This document shows, piece by piece, positions 49,311 through 61,637 of a DNA stretch of 64,000 nucleotides (the first letter of the stretch is position 1; every line of letters starts with the position of its first letter). The stretch comes from Phyllosticta citribraziliensis (Eukaryota), in the NCBI RefSeq assembly GCF_038025025.1, contig NW_027117341.1, positions 434,001-498,000 of the forward strand, in the 5' to 3' direction. The translations under genes and the position numbers were made by a program. The notes beneath the pieces are model-generated. The model did not search any database. It saw nothing but the letters and a program-made list of their open reading frames with translations, and had not been told where the DNA came from.

Positions 49311-50082
49311 ATGGCAAGCACGAGAGCAACAACAGCCGCGCTGACGCGCCTCTCCGCGTCGACGCCGCGCGCCGCATCACAGGCGCAGCGCAGCTTTGGC
49401 GCGTGGGCAAAGACGGCGGCGGCGGGCAGGCGGACTGTGCTTGCTGTGCCAGCTGTTGGCCACCACCGTGCCGTGAGGCCCGTTGGACCTGTTGTGGGTG
49501 CATTTGAATCGCGGCGGTGGGATAGCAGCCAGGCGCAACCGCCGCAGGGCGAGGGCGAGGGTGAGAAGAAGGGGCAGGAGCAGGAGGCAGTGAGGCCGGA
49601 TAAACAACAGAGCAAGATCTACGACTTTGAAGACGTGAGTTTGTTTTGTCCAAGCAAGCAAGCAAGCAAGCAAGCTACCTGCACACCCCCAACCAACGCC
49701 TAACGCTCCCTCCCCGCAGATCCAAAATCTCATCGCCATCGCCATCCCCTTCGCCGAAAACCAATCCGCCTACCTCAGCGACGGCAGCAAGCCGCTGCTC
49801 ATCGACGTGCGCACGCCCTCCGAGTACGCCGCCGGCGCCATCCCCTCCGCCGTCAACGTGCCCGTCACCTCGGCGCCCGACGCCTTCTTCGCGACCGATG
49901 AGGACTGGGAGGACAGGTTTGGCTTCCCCAAGCCCGACGCCCGCCGCGAGGTCGTGTTTTATTGCAAGGCGGGCGTGCGGAGCCGCGCGGCGGCCATGCT
50001 GGCGAGGCAGGCGGGCTATGTTAATGTTGGGGAGTATCCGGGGAGTTGGTTGGATTGGGAGAGGCAGGTTGGCAAGGAGTAG
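49311..50082 (+). CDS. Single-domain rhodanese / thiosulfate sulfurtransferase, mitochondrial (Rdl-like)
   Basis: Exons 49311-49634, 49720-50082. Motifs 'LIDVRTPSEY', 'IPSAVNVP', active-site loop 'FYCKAGVRS', 'YPGSWLDW'. Arg/Ala/Ser-rich presequence. Confidence 0.92.
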
Positions 50083-50903
50083 GAGAGGGAGAGGGATGGG
50101 TTTGCTGTGGGCTTGAAATGGGGTGGGCTTCAGCGAATTGTAGTGGGAGCTGCAGTCGGCTGGATGCAATGGGCCTGTGACGAGAAAAAGGCTTTGTGCT
50201 CAGCATAGAATCAAAAGGCAACTTGAAGTCGATTGTCTGGACTTTCTGCTCGTTTGGCACGCATAGGTATGTTGCTTCGCCACCACTGCCGTCTCTGCCC
50301 CTGAAGGTGTGCGGGAAATTCGAGGATCGCTGGGCGAGGTGTGATGATGGGGTGTTCCGGAAAGCCGGACAGAGGGCGCACGCACGCACAAATGGACGGT
50401 GCGGTCCCTGTTTGCGGAGACGGAGACGGAGAGGCAAGGTGGTGCTGGGGGTTTTGGGAGAGCGAGTTTCGGAGGCGGGAAGCACGAGAGGGGTGAGGTT
50501 GGAGTGAGAACTGAGAGGACGGTAGGGCTTCACCTCGACAGTCGTCTGGTTGTTCAACCCGTCGTGGTGAAGAGGAGAGGAAATAGGAATCTAGACTCGG
50601 CGTCGTCAGCTTGCGAGACGACGATCAGGCGGCGTCCACGTTTCGAGAACGGAAGGCGTGATGTTCGTGCCCCGCGTCAGTCTGCCCCACCATCCCATTT
50701 CACCGCCACCGCACGTCTGAGGGGTAGTACCTGTACTGACTTCATTGTACACATCCCTTACCTCTTGTTCACCTACATTACCACCTCCAGCTCCGCTCTG
50801 TCGCTGTCTTCGTGCCATCTTTCCACTGCTGCTCTTTTGCCCTGAATCCTGTTCAAACAACCAAGCCCCTCTTCTCCAACAAATTGACCCTTCCGTTGCC
50901 GCC

Positions 50904-51723
50904 ATGCCTACCTTCTTCGACACCATCAAGAAGTCGTTTGTCGACGTTCCCGTCGACGCTGCCAACGGCAATGCCATCAAGACGTCCGACTTCCTCGAGG
51001 CTTCCGAGTCCCTGACGACGCTGTTTGGTACGGCTCCCTGAGCATACATCGGATGACATGCTCCTGAAGCTTCAGAATGGTCGCTGACTCACCCGCTGTA
51101 GATGTCCTGGGCTCCGCTGCTTTCAAGCCCGTCAAGTCGGACATGAATGGCAACATCAAGGTACGACGGCCCACATTGACAGAGAGGAGCAACGGTGGCA
51201 TGTGGAGAACCGCGGACGGCTAACTAGCAACGCAGAAAATCCGCGACCGCCAGAACGAGAAGCCCGCCGAGAGCGACAACCTCCAAGACCTCGTCCGGAA
51301 CGAGATCAAGGAGAAGAAGCACACTGCTTCCGAGGGTCTGCTGTGGCTGACGCGGTAAGCCGTCCCCCTATCTCGAGGCTCTGCCTCCGACGACCAGAGC
51401 AACGATGCTAATTCTCAACGACGCACAGCGGCCTTGACTTCACGGCGCAAGCCATCCGCACCAACGTCAGCAACCCGTCGCAGGAGCTGGCCGAATCGTT
51501 CCGCGCGGCGTACGGCAACACGCTCAAGCCGCACCACTCGTTCGTCGTCAAGCCCATCTTCAGCGCCGCCATGAGCGCGACGCCGTACCGCAAGGACTTT
51601 TACGCCAAGCTCGGCGACGACCAGGCCCAGGTCGCCCAGCAGCTCGAGGCGTGGCTCGCCGCTCTCGAGCGCATCGTCAGCATCATCAAGCAGTTTCAGG
51701 AGACCAAGGAGGCCAAGTGGTAA
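50904..51723 (+). CDS. Glycolipid transfer protein (GLTP, HET-C2-like)
   Basis: Exons 50904-51027, 51102-51160, 51236-51354, 51429-51723. Motifs 'FLEASESLTTLFDVLGSAAFKPVKSDMNGNIKKIR', 'EGLLWLTRGLDF', 'AYGNTLKPHHSFVVKPIF', 'PYRKDFYAKLG'. Confidence 0.93.
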
Positions 51724-52288
51724 ATGGGAGAGTAGGGAGTGATGGGGGTGGCATATGATATCCGGGAAATAAATTTGGATGGATTGGAGCTTCAGTTGCG
51801 AGATTTGCAATGCATGGTTTTCTATGATGAGGGGATTAGAGTGCTTCTCAGAACTGTGTACAGTGGACATTCTACTTGGTGTTCTGTTTCTGAATGCTAC
51901 CCCTTTGAATATATGCCAGAATACAAATCAGAGCCAAGTTCTGTTCACCACTGACTCCATCTGGTGTCGATGGGACAACGGTACCTGATCGTCGGTGGAT
52001 GTGCATTTGATTGGCTGGCGTGTCATGGGCGAACGGGCCGATCCCTGTCCTCTCGAGCTTGAGCTGTCCAGTCCGTCGCAACTGATCTCAGAGCTCTCCA
52101 TTTCACCAACCTCTCTCTCCACCCAACTAAGATAACCACACTGTTTTCCTCCTCCCACCGCCAGACTCGCCCTACACGATCCACGCGTTTCCATCCCGTC
52201 ATATCTCACCCCTTAAATCGACAATCCGCCGCGGCCCCACAACGAAACACCCCGCAATCGAAAACGCGTCGCCCGCCAACGCACCGCG

Positions 52289-53497
52289 ATGCCCCCCAAG
52301 AAACGCGCCAAACCCTCCACATCTACCTCTACCGCGAATGCGAGCACGGCGACACCGAGCAAGCCGTCTGGAAAAGATGCCGTTGCGAATCTCACCTCCG
52401 CACACGCCGCAAGCACACCAAACACCGCACACGCGTCCGCGGCCGCCCTTGAGATCCTCAACGATCCGTGGACCGACGACGAGGAGATTTCGCTCTTCAA
52501 AAACATGATTCGCTACAAGCCGACTGGCCTACACAAGCATATACACATGATTCAGATAGCGAGCTCCATGTGTCGCGAGGGCTTCAGCTACCAAGGGACG
52601 CCGAGCGCGGCGACGGACCCTGGCCATAGCCCAGGAGGTCACAGCAGTCACGACCACACGCGGATCCCCGGCATCTGGAAGAAGCTGGGGGAGCTGTACG
52701 ACCTGGAAGCGTTGGACGAGCGGGAGAACGCGCACACGCTGGCGCAGTGGCCCAGCGTAGTAGAGCGGGCCGGGCTCGAGGGCAGTGATGGCGACGCGAG
52801 TGCGGGCGGAGGCAGCAGCGCTAACAGCGCTGCAGGGGACACCACCATGGGGGACGACGCCGAAGGCCACGCCGCGCGAGAACCTGGCGATGAGGCGGCG
52901 GACGCGGACGACGGCCCGTGGTTCGGCTTGCCCGCCGACGAGTATGCGCAGTTGATGTGGGATCGCCGCATCGCGACGACGGCGGCTGAAGAGGACAGCG
53001 CTGCTGCGGCTGCTGAGCCCGAGACCGAGGCCAAGGGCAGGAGGAGGAAGACGAGACATGCGGCGGCGCGGCCGAGCGAGAGTCCGCCCATGTTTCCGGA
53101 TCTGCTCCCCAAGGTTGGCGATCCGCCACCTATCTCTATCGAGGCCGACGACGCCGACGAGTCTCGCGGTGCCGCTCCCAACACGGCGGCCGCGGCGGCG
53201 TCACCTGCAGCCAGTGGTGGCAGAGCCACGCGCGCAAGAGGGGGACGTGGAGCCGCGCGCGGTGGCCGGAGCAGTAGAGCTTCGACGCGAGCCAAGGCGC
53301 TGTCTCCCGAGGAAGAGTCAGACGAGGAGGAATCAGAAGGCGAGGAAGAGAGCAGCAGCAGCAGTGGCAGCGGCAGTGAAGAGGAGGAAGAGGACGAGCC
53401 GGCCGAAACGAAGAGTGGCGGCAGGGGGTCTGGAAGGGGTGGTCGGAAGGGGACTGCTTCGACGAGGGGGAAGAGCACGGGGAGGCGCAAGAGGTGA
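52289..53497 (+). CDS. EAF7: NuA4/TINTIN subunit Eaf7 (CT20/MRGBP family)
   Basis: Intronless. Begins 'MPPKKRAK'; 'WTDDEEISLFKNMIRYKPTGLHKHIHM', 'HTRIPGIWKKLGELYDLEALDERE', 'FGLPADEYAQLMWDRR'; acidic/basic tail. Confidence 0.85.
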   Translation: MPPKKRAKPSTSTSTANASTATPSKPSGKDAVANLTSAHAASTPNTAHASAAALEILNDPWTDDEEISLFKNMIRYKPTGLHKHIHMIQIASSMCREGFSYQGTPSAATDPGHSPGGHSSHDHTRIPGIWKKLGELYDLEALDERENAHTLAQWPSVVERAGLEGSDGDASAGGGSSANSAAGDTTMGDDAEGHAAREPGDEAADADDGPWFGLPADEYAQLMWDRRIATTAAEEDSAAAAAEPETEAKGRRRKTRHAAARPSESPPMFPDLLPKVGDPPPISIEADDADESRGAAPNTAAAAASPAASGGRATRARGGRGAARGGRSSRASTRAKALSPEEESDEEESEGEEESSSSSGSGSEEEEEDEPAETKSGGRGSGRGGRKGTASTRGKSTGRRKR

Positions 53498-54160
53498 TGT
53501 GGTGGTGCTTTGCCAATTTGGAGATTTGAGTGTTTGATGGTGGAGAGCGGCAAATACTTGTCAAAACTGTCTTGCATCAGGAAGAGGCGCATTCAGTCTA
53601 CACGCACGATACCCAGTGAATGCATGGTTTAGATAACTTTCTCGGTCCTATGGCGTTGTTTGAACAGGGGGTTCCAAGGGAGACGATAACGGGTCGTGTT
53701 GGAGCCGGGCGATGCGACTTCAGACTGCATTGACCATGTACATCAGTGCTGAACAGAACGGCCCCCATCCAGATATACAATATAAATATGGAGTTGAGAT
53801 GGTCAAAGAAAACAGCCCCCACGCCCCGTTGTGTGGAATGACGTCAACCAACGACGGGACCGCACTCCACCCGCCCAACCAGACGAACGACTCTTTTCAG
53901 CCATGCAGCTGACCATCGCCATTGCAAACCTCCAATAATGGCACTTTGCCGTCGCATCCTTCGAATGCCCAGAGCCCACCGAGCAGCCACGCGTGTCTCG
54001 CGCCCCGACTGAATCTCAGACCTCGTTCTCGTCTCGTCCCTCTTCTCGCTTTATACATAAACGTCCCGGGCCACCGACACGACATGCGCCGCGCTGCGCT
54101 CTTTGGCCCCATTGCTTTACGACGCCGGTTTAGTTGTCGGTTGCTGCCAACTGCATCATC

Positions 54161-56795
54161 ATGAACGACGTGCTCCCGTCGTACGAGGCTGCCAATGCCT
54201 GGGACGTGTGGCCCATTGTCGCAACGTACATTTCGTCGCAAGATCTGTGTGCGGCGGCGCTCGTGTGCCGCGAGTGGGCGCAGATATTCACGCGCCAGCT
54301 GTGGGGGAACCCGGCGTCGCATTTTGGGGTTGAGAACGATGTCGTCTACGGTCAGTACTTCGTTCGTCTCCATTTGCCGTGACAGTTGCAGTCGTATAGT
54401 TCAGGTTCTGACAGATATCATTAAAGTGGCTCTCACGCGCTTCAAACGCACGCTGGCATGGGCGCGCCTCTGCACGCGCGAAACGACTCACACGCTGCAC
54501 CTGCCGCCAGCCCACGCCGAAATCTACGACGGCCCGCACTCGGACTGGCTGCGCAACGTGCTGGAGCGGCTGCCGCGCCTGCAGTCGCTGGTCGTGGCCG
54601 GGCTGCCCTTTTTCGACCATGGCGCCCTCATGACACTGCGACGGCCCAGCGCCATCCGCCAGACGTCGCTGTCCGACAGCCTGGCCCGCTTCGTGCCCCA
54701 GCACGACCTGCCGCTGTTTGCCCTGCGCTACCTTGATGCGTCGGCTGCGCCGAACACGACGTATAGTGGGCTGGCGGAGGCGCTGCAGCACTTCCCGGCG
54801 CTCATGTATCTGGACTTGTCGAGGACTCGCCCGGCGAAGGACGCCCATGTCTTGTCTGTGCTGAGGCATTGCTACTGTTTGCGCGTTCTCAAGTTGCGTG
54901 GGCTCGCGCTGACGGACGTCGAGATGGAGGCGTTGGCCTCGGCCGTGCGGCTCAGACTCAAGAGCTTGGATGTTAGGGATAACCAGCTAACCGATGCGAG
55001 CGCGCGGCTGTTGCTTGACCACTGCTTCAACACCAAGAGGAGGATTCCCTTGCGGACGGGGCCGGAGGCGCTTGATGTAGCAACGCCAGTCCGTTCGCCG
55101 TCCTCGGCGTCGGACATGCCCCCCAGACTTGATCCGCGCTTGATTGAGCAGTACGACAAGAATGATCTGGATGAGCAGTTGAGGCTGGTGCTCATGGAGG
55201 AGTTCCACGGCAATGCCTACATCAACGAGACGTATGACGGTGGCATCACGCATCTGTACATTTCCAACAACAGTCTGACAGTCGAAGGCGTATCGGGACT
55301 GCTCCGCTCTAGACGTCTGAATGTGCTCGACGTGGGTACCGTGGCCAGGGGGTGGACCGAGGTGCCGAGACCCAAGTCGTTGCTCGCCCCTGAAGACAGT
55401 AGCCAAACGGAATTCGCCATGCCCGGCGTTGAGAAGCTCACGCCCGTCATCAAAAAGTACGCCGCCGACAAGTTGACCTATCTTCGCATCAATCACGCCG
55501 TCATCACCGAGGAGACGTCGGCTGCAGACATGATTCCTGGGCGTGCAGAGCTGGTGGGCGACTTGAGCGTCTCGAGACCGGCGAATGCTCAGGAGCTGGA
55601 CAGTAGTTTCAACGAGATTCACATGATGTCTAGCGACGAGACGGCCGTTCACGAGATGCCTGGGAACGAATATCCAACCCACTTACCATATCGAGGCGCT
55701 CCGCTGATCGAACTGCCTGGCGATTTACCCCAGATATCGACATCGTTCAGCAGTCCTCAAGTCACAGTCGAGCCTCCCTCAGCGCGTACACCGCAAACGC
55801 AAAAAGACGACCCCTTCAACACACCCCCCGAGCCACCGCTGCCCCCCGACCCCTTCACCTCCGCCCCCGAGCCCCTATCCAACCTCACGCCCTCCCCCAG
55901 CGCCACGCTCGCCGCGCACCTCCGCGACCGCCTGTCCCTGCGCCAGTCCGACCAGCGCCACCTGCACCCCTCGATGCTGCCGCGCGCCGAGCAGCTCGTC
56001 CTCACTGACATCCCCGCCACTGCGCCCCCCGACGCCCCCGTCGTCCGCCGCCTGCCCCAGTTCGTCGCCGACTGCGCCGCCGAATCCGCCATTGCTCGCC
56101 TGCGCGCCAAACGCGCCTACGACCTCCCACCCGGCCGCGACCGCGCCGTCGCCGAGCGCGAGTACGCGCGCTCGCTGTTCGCGCTTCGCAGCGTCGTGCT
56201 GGAAGTCGTGCCCCCTCCCGCCGACGCGGACGCGGACGACGACGACGACGCGTCCGGCACAAAGCAGAAGAAGCCCTCCCCCTGGCGCGTCTACCCCACC
56301 AAAAGCAGCACCGAAGACGCCGACTCCGAAACCTTCTGGGCGGCCGCCGAAGGCGACTTTTCCTTCTTCGCCGCCGACGAGTGCGGCGTCCCCGCGCTGG
56401 AGCCGGGCCGCGGGCCGCCGCCTGGCAGTGGCGAGAAGATGGTCGCTGCTGACGAGTTATCCAGTGGTTTTGGTGCTTGTATCGATGCTGGTAGTGTAGC
56501 GCGGCAAGGCCAAGCTGTCCAGCGGCCCGAGCACGTCGACGTCGTCAAGGCCGTCGCGGCGTTTCGCGCGGAGCGCCGGGCAGCGTATGGCAAGGCGGTC
56601 GAGGCAGCTGCAGCGGCGGCGATGGCGGCAGCGGAGACAAATGATGCGGAGCTGCAGCAACCTGTTTCGGTTGATGGGCATTGGGAGGGCGAGATTCGCG
56701 TCGTTCGCCTGCCAATCCCCTCGCGCGGGGGAGAGGGTGGCGGGGAGGTGGATTGCTATGGGAATTATTTTGAGAGGGGGTTTAATTATAGGTAG
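54161..56795 (+). CDS. F-box-like / RNI-type leucine-rich-repeat protein
   Basis: Exons 54161-54350 and 54427-56795 (alternative in-frame acceptor at 54414). F-box-like 'VWPIVATYISSQDLCAAALVCREW'. LRRs 'LQSLVV', 'LRYLDAS', 'LMYLDLSRT', 'LRVLKLRG', 'LKSLDVRDNQLTD', 'ITHLYISNNSLT'. Confidence 0.8.
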
Positions 56796-57039
56796 GGTAG
56801 TTGACTGTGGGTTTTGTTGTTGTGTGATGGTGGAGACGAACACTGGTGGTGGTGGGTAAGAAACGGTGTGATGGGGCTGTGCTGGAAGGACTTCGCAGTG
56901 TGCGGACAGACAGAACAAGGAGACAAACAGAGAACAGTCTGAAAGTTCCGATACCCCGTCGTGGTCGCAGGACACGCAGCAGTCCGCAGTGTTCCTGCTC
57001 CGGAGATGCTTTGGTTGTCGAGAAGAGAAAAGGAGGAAG

Positions 57040-58188
57040 TTTATATACTCTCCACTGGTGGTCTTCACGAGGAAAGATTGAAGAGGGGGAGGCATGTGTA
57101 ATATCACATGGCGCGAAACACGCACAAATGCGGGATGTGCGTTGTCAGGAGGTGTGTGCGGAGTCAGGGGGCTCTCGGGCATGTGTTGCGCGCATGCCAT
57201 TCGCATGTGCGAGAAAGCCGGTAGCGTATAAATAGACAAACCTCGTCCGCCAGCAGAGGAGAAACGTATCACTGAGTTCATTCCCAAGTTTCTAAGAGCA
57301 GGAATACCAAAATGCATCCGTTTTTCTACACTTGGCTGTCCATCCGCTGAGATCTGCCATTAAAACGACGTTTCCAAAACACGTATATCTCCAGCATCCG
57401 AGTCTTTTGCAGGCTATCATCGCCATACCACAACACTGACGCATCAGCGCCCATACCCTCTTGCAAATTTGGCCAGATACTCGGCCGCGGAGGCGCGCGA
57501 AACAAAAAGTGTATTGTCTTGCCAATAGTCTCGCTCCATACGTCTGTCCAAGACTGATGCTGGCGAAGTGAGGAGCATGGGCGGGGCAGAGAGGTGGGTT
57601 TTATACTCGACGAGCTGGCAGCCAGCACGCTCGTGGGTGTGTCCGGGTGGGTGCCTGGAAGACGTCACCAGGCACATGCCTTGCGCTCGTTTGCGGCTCG
57701 TGAGAGCTACTCCGACGGTCATCCAAGTATAAATGCACGAGGGAAGGCCGCTGCAGAACTCAGCGACAATGGTTGTCTACTCCGCGAACGACGTGGTCGG
57801 ATGCGGATCGAAGTACGGACTCGTTTCTGCCTCTGCTGGAGCTCCTTGACACCTGCGACATTTTTCTCTGCGTCTCGCAAATTTCCCTCGATAGAGATTG
57901 CTTTGGGGAGCATCGTGTAGAGATGACGTAGCATACATACCATGGTGCGCAAGAATTAGGCGCTACACCATCACCGCGCGATGGAGAGACCCCAGAAAGG
58001 CGAGTATATCCCAAAAGCTGGGCGCGGCCAAGTATCGCTAAGCGGATTGAGGTAAGGCAGCGAGGGAGACAATAGTGCAGAGGAATTGCCAAGTGAGCAG
58101 CCAAGTCAATTTTCTTCTGACACTCTGGACTGGGTCGTGGCGGGCGGATAGTTCGGGGAGCAGAGCGCGAAGGGGACGGGCTTTTATA
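57040..58188. promoter_or_regulatory. Second cluster of alternating divergent TATA boxes
   Basis: Minus: TTTATATA 57040, TTTTATA 57599, TTTTATA 58182. Plus: TATAAATA 57227, TATAAAT 57728. No convincing CDS between them. Confidence 0.45.
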
Positions 58189-59025
58189 GGTATTCGACGG
58201 CGCCGCGCACGCACTGGCCCTGTGATCTTATGACTGCTACTCACGTGTGAAGGAACTCACTCAAAACACAGGGAGGGGGAAGTGTGCGCAAGAGTGCATT
58301 TTGGGATGCTGAAGAGCGGCCGGCGACATCTCACAATTCTGCCTCTCGTCAAGATGCAAATCAAGATGCTCATTCATCACTGCTATCGCCGTCAAGTCTG
58401 AGTACATTCGTAAAGAAACCACTTCCTCCATGTTAGACAGAGAAGCAACCAGACACAGACTCTATCTATTTATGCTGACTCGCTATGCAAGCAAGCAAGC
58501 CATCTATCAATCCATTCATTCACATTCCCAGATCCCCAACGCCTGACAGTAAGGAATTGCAAAACCCAGAACGCCACATGCCGCACAAAATACCACTCCG
58601 AACCATGACCTGTAAGAATATCATCGGCTTTCCCGCCGTTCAAGTGTCGGCGCTCACACAATATCGCCGTCGCTTCCAATACAAACGCCGTTGAAGCAAA
58701 AGATCAGGTTGTGCAGGGCACCACCGCTTGCTGGAAACAAGATGGAAGCAGAAACAGACAAAGAGGGGGAAGTTTGAAAAGAAGGGACTGTGGTTGAGCG
58801 AGCCGGCACTCGCTGTGGTGGTGATTATGGGTGCTCGCTGTGTTGGGAAGGCAAAAAATGGGTAAGATGAGAAATGTGGAAGGGAGAAATGTTGGAGAGA
58901 ATGAAGTGCATGGTGGTGATGTTGACCATTGATCGAAGAGGAAGAAGGCCAGACCACAACACCCTCTGTCGTTGTGCCCGTCGAACAGAAACTGGACATC
59001 CATCTGGCGGATGTCAACGAACCAC

Positions 59026-60144
59026 TCAAATCGACTTGAACTTCAACGCCGCCTGCTCCGGCGAGAGATGGAACCCGCCCATCTCCTCAAACTTCGCCGC
59101 CGTATACACCCACACCTCACGCTTAACCATCTCATACGCCTCAACAAACAGCCTCTCCTGGTGCGGCGACATGGAAGGCAGCGCAACAGGTCGCGCGGGC
59201 GTCGAACGCGGCTCGCGCGGAATGTGGAGGTAGTCGCGGTAGTTGAAGTCCGGCTGGCCCTCGAGCGCAGCGATGCGCGGCGCGATGCGCTGGAAGCGGC
59301 CGTAGACGGCGTTGTTGGTGAAGGTGGGCTCGAGGCCCTTGCTGACGCGCTGCTTGTTCAGCACGTCGGCGATGTCGTCGAATTGCATCCGCTCGACGCA
59401 GCGCATGCGCTTGATGGCGATGTTTTCGGGGTCCTTTTCCGGGTTGACTTTGCGCGAGAAGTCTTTGAAATGCTTGCCGGCGAGGCGCTGCTTCAGCTCG
59501 CGGGCTGAGGGTGTGGTCGTTGTGGTGGTGACGATTTCGACGTCTGTGTCGGAGCTGGCGGCGCTGGCGGCGGATTCGGTTTTGAGCGGTATGAAGAGGC
59601 TGTCTCCATCCTCGCTGCCTGACGCGTGAGACTGCGTCGTACGGTCAGGCTGCTCCGAGTTCCGACTCAAACGACGTCGACGACCGGTTTCCTGAACTTT
59701 GGTCAGACGATGTTGACTGAACTGATTCGCGCCGTCTGCTGAGTCTGACCCTGGGCCTTGCTCGTCTTCCGGACTGCGAGACCGCTTTGTGCTGACAGGA
59801 CCACGTGGATGCACGTCGTTGTCTGTCAAGTTGTTGTCTTCCATGTGTTTCTGCATCGTGCTGCGCGCATGAACATGGACTGCGCGTTGGTGCTCGGCGG
59901 TGGCACTCCCCAGTGGACCTGGGCGGTGGCTAACGGGTGATCCAACAGGCATCTGGGAAGAGTTGAGTGTCTGGAGGCCGCGTTCAAACTCGCGAATTCG
60001 GTCGTCCAGAGTAGCGTCGTCGGGTAGACTCTTCTTGGAGAGTCGGGGATCAAGGTTTGATTCTCCGCGACGGACCTGCAGAGCTGCGAACGATGGTAGC
60101 AGAATTCGATTGGGGAGCGCGTGAGACAGGCGAGGAGAAGTCAT
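59026..60144 (-). CDS. Hypothetical protein with disordered N-terminus and C-terminal helical (HTH/Myb-like?) domains
   Basis: The 3' half (59026 to about 59500) has strong coding-type GC3 bias: 'DPENIAIKRMRCVERMQFDDIADVLNKQR...FTNNAVYGRFQRIAPRI' and 'ERLFVEAYEMVKREVWVYTAAKFEE'. The start is uncertain (ATG 60144 or downstream). Confidence 0.65.
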   Translation of the reverse strand: MTSPRLSHALPNRILLPSFAALQVRRGESNLDPRLSKKSLPDDATLDDRIREFERGLQTLNSSQMPVGSPVSHRPGPLGSATAEHQRAVHVHARSTMQKHMEDNNLTDNDVHPRGPVSTKRSRSPEDEQGPGSDSADGANQFSQHRLTKVQETGRRRRLSRNSEQPDRTTQSHASGSEDGDSLFIPLKTESAASAASSDTDVEIVTTTTTTPSARELKQRLAGKHFKDFSRKVNPEKDPENIAIKRMRCVERMQFDDIADVLNKQRVSKGLEPTFTNNAVYGRFQRIAPRIAALEGQPDFNYRDYLHIPREPRSTPARPVALPSMSPHQERLFVEAYEMVKREVWVYTAAKFEEMGGFHLSPEQAALKFKSI

Positions 60145-61637
60145 GGGAGGGGAGTGGGATTTGCTGCGGGACTCGCTTGGTGGTTGACCATGGTTTGGAG
60201 TGCGCTCACTGTTTCTTGTCAGCAGAATCACATGGAAGCTCTTGTTGTATTCACTCACTGAGTGCTGATGCCTTGTGGCATTTGAAAGATGTGCTGATTT
60301 GAAGGAGTGGTAGGCGGCATCTGAGGATGCAAGGACGAAACCGAAGTGGGCTTGGGGGGTAAGGAGGCTGGAAGATGATGGTTGGTAATGTGCTGGCTGT
60401 ATATTGATTAGTGGGATTCCGTGACCACGTAACGGGAGCTTACTTGGCTCTGATGCTCTGTGGCATCTGGAAGTCCGGCTGGTTCGAAGACTGAGTGGGA
60501 GGCATGTCAACTCGAGGGGTTGTTGGAACTCTAGGAGTCCAGGCAAACGAGTTGAATGAAGCAGACATCCTGGGAGTCAATCAGTCACTCAAGAGTCCTG
60601 GTCTTGCGGATTGTGAAGAACAAGAATCAGAGTCAAGAAGGGGGGCTGTTGTCGGATGTTGTCGTAAGTCAATGTCGTTGAGAGGATCTGAGCTAAGGCC
60701 AGAGAGATTCGAAGATTTGAATTGGCTCTTATGGTCGTGCGGTAAGAATTGATGCCACCAAACGATGTTGTAGAATGGAGGTGGGGCCGGCGAAGGGAGG
60801 GGCAAGGGTTTCTTTTATCAGCTCAAGGACGGGCTGGGACAACTCTTCGCCGTCCAGGCAATCAGTCACCAGGCCAAGCCTTTGGCCATGTGAGTGTGCT
60901 ATGGCCGCAGAGAAGTCAGGGGGTCAGGGGTGTCTGCCTGCGCGCAATAGGCTGCGGCTTGTGCCTGAAGCGGGTGACCAATGAGAGGACTGATATCGTG
61001 CTTGCGTACCGCCATGGTGGGAGCAAAGCATGCGCTGCAATCGCATTAGCTTGTGATAGAAACGTACATGACTATCGAATTGCAAGGCATCGCCAGGGTA
61101 TGAAATATTCGTAAAAGTGATGGAGGAGACGTCTGAGAGAAAAGAGAAAGACATTGACTGTAGTTTTGGACTGAAGGATTCTGAGAATTGGCCGTCTCCG
61201 GTGCCCTTTGGACAAAACCAAAGCTTATCGTTATGTTGAGCAAATAATGGATAGCAACATTATGCAGTGATGATGGAACACAAGGAAGCTTGAAACCAAT
61301 GTGCAGCTTGACAAGGAGAGAGGAAATACATGAAATTTTGAGTGGGACAGGTTGATTCAAACTCCCACGGCAAGCGTTTGTGCTATGCCTCTTGCAAACT
61401 CGGTGGCCAATTCGGCTTCAACCCAGTCGTCAAACTTCTAGGACCTGGTCCTCAGGCCAGCAGAGGGTGGGCCTGTCCAGAGAAATTTGAAACGGAGTGA
61501 CAGAGAACCGTGACAGACATGCCAAAGGCGCCGGAATGACCCAACCCGTTTGACGTTCATTTTCTCCACTGACGAAGACAATTTTGACCATTGAATGAAA
61601 TCTCCAACCAAACTCATAGACCAAAGGCCGGTCCCAA

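Noticed and set aside
50904..51723. Heterokaryon-incompatibility locus interpretation of the GLTP gene
   Set aside because: GLTP is a conserved housekeeping gene in ascomycetes. No NACHT/WD40/HET-domain partner is present in the window, and allelic polymorphism cannot be judged from one sequence.
60145..60546. Upstream extension of the 59026 ORF to 506 aa
   Set aside because: Non-ATG start and no coding-like composition; more likely leader sequence.
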